In this document: one piece after another, positions 57,522-64,000 of the stretch
Position numbering within the stretch: the stretch's first letter is position 1
How the letters are laid out: each line of letters opens with the position of its first letter
IMG/VR virus record: IMGVR_UViG_3300006990_000018
DNA from: an uncultured virus (IMG/VR IMGVR_UViG_3300006990_000018)
Lineage: Duplodnaviria > Heunggongvirae > Uroviricota > Caudoviricetes
Length of the DNA stretch: 64,000 nucleotides
Direction: 5' to 3' (one strand)
The notes under the pieces: generated by a model
Told to the model about the DNA's origin: nothing
The model's input: only the letters and a program-made list of their open reading frames with translations
Database searches by the model: none
Translations under genes and position numbers: made by a program

Positions 57522-58757
57522 ATGAGCCTAACAACCATTGAAGCCATGACCCAAGCCGTCGCACTTGCTGGCGGCCGTATGACCGAAGAACAATACCTTG
57601 AGAGCGTATGCGGTCTCATCACAGCCAGCGGCCGTGAGACGACTGTGAAATCGTTGAAGTCCAACGCTTTCAGCGCCAACCGCATGGATAAAGCAGGTGT
57701 CTGCCGTGTTTCCATCGGCGACGACCGCCAAGTGTGGTCCAAAGCCCAAGCAGATGTCCTGCTTGCTGGTGGCGCCCCCATGGTGAACTCTGTTGTTTCC
57801 CCATCACCTTCCACCCCTGTGAGCGTTGTCCCTGCGGACGACACCCCTGTGGCCACCGTGCAGGTCGGCGGGTCGTTTTACGGCGTCCCACGCAACAGCC
57901 CCGACGCCATCGCCAATTTCAGCGAGTGGTTCAAGTCCCTCATTCCAGCGCGCCGTGTGTTCGTTGAGTCGGACCGACAGGAATACCGCTTGTTGGCCAA
58001 CCGCTACCGCCGTTCGTTGAACGGTGAGACCATCAAGGCTCACCTGCTTGCAGTCGGCCCCACGGGTTGCGGCAAGTCTGAACTCGCCAAGTCCTTCTTC
58101 CACGAGGTCCAAGTGCCCCTCCTCCGAGTGAACCTCTCGGACGGCATCACCGAGGACCAATTCATTGGCTCTCGCACCCTGCGAGACGGCGAAGTCGTGT
58201 TCCAAGACGGCATCCTCACCATGGCCGCTGAGCACGGTCTGCCCCTCCTCTGTGATGAAATCAACGCCGCTCGTGAGAACATTCTCATCGCACTCAACGG
58301 CTTGATGGACACAGGCATGATGGTCATTCCCGACGACAACAACCGTGTGGTCAAGGCCAAGGCTGGCTTCATGATTATTGGAACCATGAACCCACCCGAG
58401 GACTACGCTGGCGTGAACGAGATGAACGCCGCCACCAAGAACCGTTTCACCTACGCCATTCCCTTCACCTACCTCCCACGGGACTTGGAAGTGCAGGTCG
58501 TCATGAGCCAAACAGGCTTCGCCGATGAGGAACTCGTCGGCAACCTTGTGGACCTCGCCAACGACCTCCGCCGCCTCAAGAAGGAGCACCAAATGGAGTC
58601 TGACACCTCCACCCGTATGCTCGTTCAATTGTGCGACGAATTGCAGGACCTCTCCCTCTCCGAAGCCGTGCGGTATGTCATGATTGGCCGCTACCTCCCC
58701 GACGAGATGGCGACCGTTGAGGCCGCCGCACGCGCTCGCCTTGAGGACTTCGTTTGA
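57522..58757 (+). CDS. MoxR/CbbQ/CobS-like AAA+ ATPase
   Basis: GPTGCGKS, DEIN, TMNP..YAG...N.A...RF and STR motifs. Confidence 0.9.
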   Translation: MSLTTIEAMTQAVALAGGRMTEEQYLESVCGLITASGRETTVKSLKSNAFSANRMDKAGVCRVSIGDDRQVWSKAQADVLLAGGAPMVNSVVSPSPSTPVSVVPADDTPVATVQVGGSFYGVPRNSPDAIANFSEWFKSLIPARRVFVESDRQEYRLLANRYRRSLNGETIKAHLLAVGPTGCGKSELAKSFFHEVQVPLLRVNLSDGITEDQFIGSRTLRDGEVVFQDGILTMAAEHGLPLLCDEINAARENILIALNGLMDTGMMVIPDDNNRVVKAKAGFMIIGTMNPPEDYAGVNEMNAATKNRFTYAIPFTYLPRDLEVQVVMSQTGFADEELVGNLVDLANDLRRLKKEHQMESDTSTRMLVQLCDELQDLSLSEAVRYVMIGRYLPDEMATVEAAARARLEDFV

Positions 58758-58863
58758 GACTCACCCCCAGCCGTGAACACGGCGAGGGAGGCACGGTTGG
58801 GAGTTCGCTCTCTTCCCTCCCTCGCCACCTCGGTTCATATAGGTGGGAGTGGCCCTTGAGGCC

Positions 58864-59016
58864 ATGACGCCTCTTGAGATGAAGCAACGGATTGAAGAAC
58901 TTGAGGACCTCGTGCGCCGCCTGTGCAAGCACACAGGAATGCGTATGGAGACCATCAAGGAACTACACCGAGACCAACAAACGCTCCTCCCACTCAAGCA
59001 ACGACGGCTGGACTGA
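58864..59016 (+). CDS. 50-aa coiled-coil protein (not in the ORF track)
   Basis: Promoter-linked ATG; MTPLEMKQRIEELEDLVRRL. Confidence 0.55.
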   Translation: MTPLEMKQRIEELEDLVRRLCKHTGMRMETIKELHRDQQTLLPLKQRRLD

Positions 59017-59018
59017 CC

Positions 59019-59768
59019 ATGCTCCTTGGACCCAAGGCGCCCATTGAGGGCGTCCGTCAATGGCTACGAGACCCCATCCGACCGCTCATCCTCTTTGGGC
59101 CAGCGGGATGCGGGAAGAACCATGTCCTTGAGACCATTGGCGAAGCGTTGGAGATGCAAGCGGAGACCCACGAGGACCCCTTGACCGCCATGGATAACGC
59201 ACGCCATCCGACCTTTGGTGGAAATGGCCGCTACGCCGTCGTGGACGACGCCGATTTCATCAGCGGTAGGATATGGTCCCGAATAGCGAAAGCGCTCCCT
59301 CACGCCCCTCCTACGGCCATTCTCGCCCAATCCTTGCACTCGGTCCCGTATCAAGTGCGGAAGTCCTGTGTTGTCATTGAACTCAAGCGACCGAGCGAAT
59401 CGCATATGCGTTCCATGCTGGGCGAGCACCCCCTATCGGCCGACATAGCCAAGACCGCCAAGTCGTGGAGGCAGGCTATCACCGCCGCTACAATCGGCGT
59501 GGTTCCGAACACCGAGGACCTCGGATTCGTTCATGCACGAGACCAAGCGAAGGCCGTCCTCGCTGGGCACCTCACCCATGACTTTGACACTCATCCACTC
59601 TCGGTTCTGGGCATGGCCCATCACAACGGCACTCCACCCGAGCAGGTGGCCCGTGGTCTGATGATGCACTCCCACGCTTGGGACATTGACCATCTCTCCG
59701 CCGTATCAAGGCGCTACATCGCTACGCTCCGCTCGGACCGACAGGATAACCCACCCTATCGTTTGTGA
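59019..59768 (+). CDS. Degenerate RFC large subunit-like AAA+ protein
   Basis: V.QWL..PLILFGPAGCGK, VVDDAD, C.VIELKRP. Confidence 0.65.
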   Translation: MLLGPKAPIEGVRQWLRDPIRPLILFGPAGCGKNHVLETIGEALEMQAETHEDPLTAMDNARHPTFGGNGRYAVVDDADFISGRIWSRIAKALPHAPPTAILAQSLHSVPYQVRKSCVVIELKRPSESHMRSMLGEHPLSADIAKTAKSWRQAITAATIGVVPNTEDLGFVHARDQAKAVLAGHLTHDFDTHPLSVLGMAHHNGTPPEQVARGLMMHSHAWDIDHLSAVSRRYIATLRSDRQDNPPYRL

Positions 59769-59810
59769 TAGGCCGCCACCTTAATATAGGTGGTGTTCAT
59801 AGGACCAAAC

Positions 59811-62003
59811 ATGACCCAACCATGGACCCCCACTACCCAGCGTGCCTATCAGCACCACCTCGGCAACCTCGCCAAAGTGCTGAGCGGACAATACGAAGGG
59901 AAAGGCCGAGCAGTCAAGCGTTTGAAAGTCGGACCATCGGAGCCATGTGCAACTGACGGCGACACCGTTCACCTGTCCTACCCCATCATGCAGGGCATCA
60001 GCGATAGCATGAACCTCATTCTCACCGAAGCCATCCTCGCCCACGAGGCCGCTGGCCACCTTCGCTACACAAACTTCAACGCTTGGAAAACCATGACCGA
60101 CGCTATCAAGCGTGGTGATGAGGACCGCTTGCTCCACGACTTCGTGAACATTTTTGAGGACGCCCGAGTGAACTACCTTCTCGGCAAGGACTTCGCTGGC
60201 TCCAAGAAGCGCTTGGATATGGCTCAGAACATGATGATGGCCCAGCACAAGGCTGGCGTCGCAGGCCGTGTCATTGAGGACAAGGAAGCCCCCAAGATGG
60301 GTGTTATCGCCATCGCCACCGAAGCCATTCTCAGCGTTGGCCACTTCATCAACCACCCGAAGGTTATCGCCATGATGGACGAGGCTCGCCCCCTATTCGT
60401 CAATGCTTTGGCCGCCAAGAACACCAACATAGTGGTCAAGGGTGCCCGTGAAGTGCTCGCCATTTACCGCAAGCACTTCCCCGAGGACGAGACGGATGGC
60501 TCCGAATACGGCGCCTCCACCTCCGATGAGGGAGAAGGTCTCTTCTCGGACGACATGAGCATTGAGAACATTGAGAAGGCGGCGAACTCGCAGAAGCGAA
60601 ACAAAGCCAAGGCTCAAGACGCCCCAGCCAAGCGCTTCAAAGACCTCGTGGAAAAAATGCCTGTGGCCGACTCCACTCAAGACGGCGACGGCCCTGCCGC
60701 TGGCGATGCTGACGGCGACGGTGAGTCCGCTGGTGGAGATGCTGGCGACGGCAACGAGACTGGCGACGAGACTGGCGACGACGGCGATGGTGCTGGCGAC
60801 GGTGCTGGCGGAGATTCTGCTGGCGGAGATGTTGGCGACGAGACTGGCGACGACGGCAACGGGAAGGGTATGAACGCTCTCCCCGAGACCCAAGACGACG
60901 ACTTCGGCTCCTCTGCCGTTGTCCGTGAAGGCGACAACGACGAGGCAGAGTTCCTCGGCGGCTCAACTGGTTCATACGAGGCATTGTTTGAAGGAGACGA
61001 CTTGACGGAGAACCTCAAGGCTGAGGCCCAAGCCGTCCTTGACGGTGCCGATGACCTGTGGTTCCCCGAGGACGCAGACCTTGAGGACCTCACCGTGGAC
61101 CATGTGGTTCCCGATTCGGGCGAGCGTGTGAACGACGGTGGCCACCTCATCATCACTCAAGAAAACGAATCGTGGCGAGACGGCATGGCTGATGTTGGCG
61201 CTTATGATGCGACCAAGGCTCAAACGAAGGGCGCTGTGAAGCGTGTCGCCAAGACCTTGCAGAACCTCATCAAGGGCGCTGACACTCGCTTCACGACCCA
61301 CCACAAGCGAGGCAAATTGGACGACCGCCGCCTGTGGGCTGTGCGCTCCTCCGACCGCTTGTTCACCAAGGACAAGACCTACGAGGAGTTCAAGTTGCGA
61401 TGCGTCATTCTCATTGACGCCTCGGGGTCCATGAGTGGTGGCCGTGCTCGTCAAGCCGCTAAGGCCGCTGTGGCGCTCTCTGAGGCCATGGAAGCCGTTG
61501 GGGCGGACTACGAGGTCGTGGACTTCAATTCGTCCAATGGAGGCATTCGTGGCTACTCTCAAGGAGCAACCTACATCAATGTGCGAAAGGGCGCCAACCA
61601 ATCGCTCACCACGACTGTCAAGCAACAAATCGCCACACCATTCTCGGGTTCCCAAAACTCCGATGGCTACGCCGTCAAATGGGCCATGAACCGCACCAAG
61701 CAGTTCGGCCAACCCGACGCTCGCCGTATGGTGTTCATCATCAGCGACGGCTCCCCATGTGGCCCTGCTCCACGGGGTATGGGTAGCGGCACCCATTTGC
61801 AGTCCGTCTTGGCTGAGGCTGAGAAGGACGACTGCATTCTGTTCTCTGTCGGCATCGCTGGAATGAACACGGCCAAGTGGTATGCAAACCACGGCCACGC
61901 CTCTGTGAAAGACATCAGCACGCTCGCCTCGGACATTCTCGTGCCCCTCAAAATGGCGCTCAAGAAGGCGCTCAAGAAGAAAATGAAGGTAGTGGTCCAA
62001 TGA
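59811..62003 (+). CDS. CobT-like protein: metallopeptidase-like N-terminus, acidic linker, vWA domain
   Basis: HEAAGH..N.FED.R, D/G-rich repeats, MIDAS DASGSM, ISDG. Confidence 0.88.
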   Translation: MTQPWTPTTQRAYQHHLGNLAKVLSGQYEGKGRAVKRLKVGPSEPCATDGDTVHLSYPIMQGISDSMNLILTEAILAHEAAGHLRYTNFNAWKTMTDAIKRGDEDRLLHDFVNIFEDARVNYLLGKDFAGSKKRLDMAQNMMMAQHKAGVAGRVIEDKEAPKMGVIAIATEAILSVGHFINHPKVIAMMDEARPLFVNALAAKNTNIVVKGAREVLAIYRKHFPEDETDGSEYGASTSDEGEGLFSDDMSIENIEKAANSQKRNKAKAQDAPAKRFKDLVEKMPVADSTQDGDGPAAGDADGDGESAGGDAGDGNETGDETGDDGDGAGDGAGGDSAGGDVGDETGDDGNGKGMNALPETQDDDFGSSAVVREGDNDEAEFLGGSTGSYEALFEGDDLTENLKAEAQAVLDGADDLWFPEDADLEDLTVDHVVPDSGERVNDGGHLIITQENESWRDGMADVGAYDATKAQTKGAVKRVAKTLQNLIKGADTRFTTHHKRGKLDDRRLWAVRSSDRLFTKDKTYEEFKLRCVILIDASGSMSGGRARQAAKAAVALSEAMEAVGADYEVVDFNSSNGGIRGYSQGATYINVRKGANQSLTTTVKQQIATPFSGSQNSDGYAVKWAMNRTKQFGQPDARRMVFIISDGSPCGPAPRGMGSGTHLQSVLAEAEKDDCILFSVGIAGMNTAKWYANHGHASVKDISTLASDILVPLKMALKKALKKKMKVVVQ

Positions 62004-63037
62004 AGCGCTCAGTCCTCATTCCGACTGGCGATGAGCCACCCGAGCGCCGCACAGGCACCTACAACGAGCAAGAAGCCGTGCGCTATGACCTTGCGTTCAC
62101 GGCGGTGGATTATCACCCAGCCAAACCGATTCTCGGCTTCGTTGATTTAGCGCACCGCTACACCGAATCATTGAATTGGGGACACTTTGAGATGACGCAT
62201 GGTGGCGTCGTTGAGATGATACACAGTATCATGGAGTCGCCTGCTCTCGGCGAGATTTCCATTGACAACGAAAACGGATGGGTCCGCACCGATGAAGCGG
62301 TTCAAATCGGCGTCATTTGGCCCAAGGACCGTGTGCCTCAAGGAGTGTTCATGCGTGGCCAAGGATGTGCTCCCAAGCACCGCATGGAGGTATGCCTCAA
62401 GACCATATCACCACGAGATGCTCACGACTTCCAATCAGTCCTTCAAGGCGAGACGGAGATGGTGTCGGCTCCGAAAAATAACGCAGTTCACACCCGTCTC
62501 TCGCAGGTTATGGCCCGTTTGATTGGGTTCATCGCTAACGGCGATTGGGACGAGGGTGGGGCGTTTGGTATTTGTGGCGAAACAGAGAACCTTGCTGGCT
62601 TGATTAACTCCGCTCGGTCGGATGCGTCATCCCCGACAATCGGATGGAAAGGACGCCTCTATGCACCTCAGCGCTTCTCCACGACATCACGGCGCTACGC
62701 TGATGCAGTTCGTCGTGGCTGGGAGATGGGTGATGCTATTTGGACCAATATCCCCTCAGAGTGGGACGGGGAGACGAATGAATGGGAGGCCTTCCCAAGG
62801 GTCGTGGAACACGATGAGAACCCATTCGTTGTTCAAGAACTTCCACCGATTTACAAAGAGCGACGGGCCTCAATCCACATCAACCTCGGTGGCGACTTTT
62901 GGGTGGAAGAGACCCGATGTCCGAAGTGTGCCCAAAGGCTTATCATCCACACTCCCGCCTCTATGTGTCCCAGCGGACACCCTGTTGGGCTGACTGTCAA
63001 GTGCGGCGACTGCAAGCACTCATTCGGTTGGCCTTGA
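62000..63037 (+). CDS. Hypothetical protein with a C-terminal Zn ribbon
   Basis: ATGA overlap; CPKC...CGDC. Confidence 0.7.
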   Translation: MKRSVLIPTGDEPPERRTGTYNEQEAVRYDLAFTAVDYHPAKPILGFVDLAHRYTESLNWGHFEMTHGGVVEMIHSIMESPALGEISIDNENGWVRTDEAVQIGVIWPKDRVPQGVFMRGQGCAPKHRMEVCLKTISPRDAHDFQSVLQGETEMVSAPKNNAVHTRLSQVMARLIGFIANGDWDEGGAFGICGETENLAGLINSARSDASSPTIGWKGRLYAPQRFSTTSRRYADAVRRGWEMGDAIWTNIPSEWDGETNEWEAFPRVVEHDENPFVVQELPPIYKERRASIHINLGGDFWVEETRCPKCAQRLIIHTPASMCPSGHPVGLTVKCGDCKHSFGWP

Positions 63038-63102
63038 ACGATGTGTCCTTTGCGGCACACTTATATATAGGGACCTCCTACGGTCAAATGGAGCGGACAA
63101 AC

Positions 63103-63396
63103 ATGAAAATCCCCAAGCCACTACGCCAAGCCATCGTGAGCCGACTACGCTCGGAGCCACGACCCCAAAGCGCCAGCGAACTCACCGCACCCGTGAACGA
63201 CGCCGTGAAGCCATCCTACCGCAAGACGCCCAAGCAGATGGCGTTCGTGCTCAAGCAGATGAAGCGAGACGGTGATGTCGTCGTGGCGAAGGAGGTCAAG
63301 AACGGCTTGACCGCCCACGGCAACGAGCGCTCTCGTGTGGAATACACCCTCAACCACGAGGTTCACGACCCCGACATTGTGGAGGAGAGCGAATGA
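63103..63396 (+). CDS. wHTH-like DNA-binding protein
   Basis: RQAIVSRL..P.SASEL..TPKQMAFVLKQM..DG.V...EYTL. Confidence 0.62.
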   Translation: MKIPKPLRQAIVSRLRSEPRPQSASELTAPVNDAVKPSYRKTPKQMAFVLKQMKRDGDVVVAKEVKNGLTAHGNERSRVEYTLNHEVHDPDIVEESE

Positions 63397-64000
63397 GCAC
63401 CCGACTGTTTGACGGCCCTCTCCCCGAGCATATCGTGGAGAACCTACAACGAGGCGTAGCCCCGCACGAGAAGCGTGTGGTCGCCAACCTCGCCAAGGTC
63501 TCACGCATCGTGAACACCGAGAACATGACCATCCGAACCTACGACGACTTCAAGCAGGATTGGAAATACACCCACTCTCTCTATGCAAAGGTCGGAGAGC
63601 ATAACTGCTTCCTGTGTGGAAAACAGCACATCCGTGAACTGTGTCAAGTCCACGACGAAGTGCAAGGAAAAACCATCACCGTCGGCAACGAATGCGTGTG
63701 GAAGCATGTTGAGATTATGACTGACGCCGCTGAGGGACTCACAGGCGACGCCAAGCGAGACTTCCTCAAGGACGCCATGGCCAAGGCCAAGGCCAAGTTC
63801 ATGCGAGAGAAGTTCGCCGCTGGGGGACACCTCACTACCGATTGGGAAGAATACCGAGACTACGCCACGGGCGCTCGTGAAGGCTGGCCCGTCTTTGGGA
63901 AGGAGAACCGCACCTACGCCAAGCGTGCCGACCGCATGATTAACGAGCGAGGCTACCTCACGGGCAAGACCGAAGAGTGGTTCATGACCAAGCGCCGAGA
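63393..64000 (+). CDS. Hypothetical Zn-binding protein, truncated by the window end
   Basis: ATGA overlap; CFLCGKQHI...ITVGNECV; open to the window end. Confidence 0.7.
   Translation, partial: MSTRLFDGPLPEHIVENLQRGVAPHEKRVVANLAKVSRIVNTENMTIRTYDDFKQDWKYTHSLYAKVGEHNCFLCGKQHIRELCQVHDEVQGKTITVGNECVWKHVEIMTDAAEGLTGDAKRDFLKDAMAKAKAKFMREKFAAGGHLTTDWEEYRDYATGAREGWPVFGKENRTYAKRADRMINERGYLTGKTEEWFMTKRR

Noticed and set aside
60690..60860. GGCGAC-rich repeats
   Set aside because: They encode the low-complexity Gly/Asp linker typical of CobT-like proteins
60972..62000. Long minus-strand ORFs (this one, 57804-58628, 26086-27033, 9510-10256 and others)
   Set aside because: They are antisense shadows of well-supported + strand genes, expected from the GC-rich codon bias
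57522..62003. Cobalamin biosynthesis (cobaltochelatase CobST)
   Set aside because: No CobN or other cob genes; viral MoxR-vWA pairs are widespread and more likely act as chaperones

Overview
This window is most likely part of a tailed archaeal dsDNA virus (Caudoviricetes). It resembles magroviruses of Marine Group II Euryarchaeota, but the host is inferred. Almost all protein genes are on the + strand. It encodes an archaeal-type replication and repair set: PolB, PCNA-like clamp, two RFC-like subunits, fused AEP primase, MCM-like AAA+ helicase, RPA-like SSB, XPD/DinG helicase, XPF/ERCC4 nuclease, Sak4/RecA-like ATPase, Cas4/RecB-like nuclease and DenV-like glycosylase. Tail genes (tube, frameshifted chaperone pair, tape measure, hub, two giant tail proteins, collagen fibre) are scattered among the replication genes. 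There is also a MoxR/vWA pair and about 45 small orphan ORFs, most with their own BRE-TATA promoter and a leaderless ATG. The most striking signals are non-coding. (1) Three long structured RNAs lie behind intact viral promoters that lack a start codon (about 360 nt at 45.0 kb +; about 260 nt and 200 nt in tandem at 14.1-14.6 kb -). (2) In the 41.3-49.7 kb region, back-to-back promoters have a reverse arm that points into a family of about 50-nt conserved small RNAs. (3) Four iterons at exact 31-bp phasing follow a TerS-like gene. (4) Two homologous (CA)n/(TG)n elements look like origins. (5) Several 4-bp palindromes appear to be missing throughout. All calls come from manual reading; no searches or folding programs were run.
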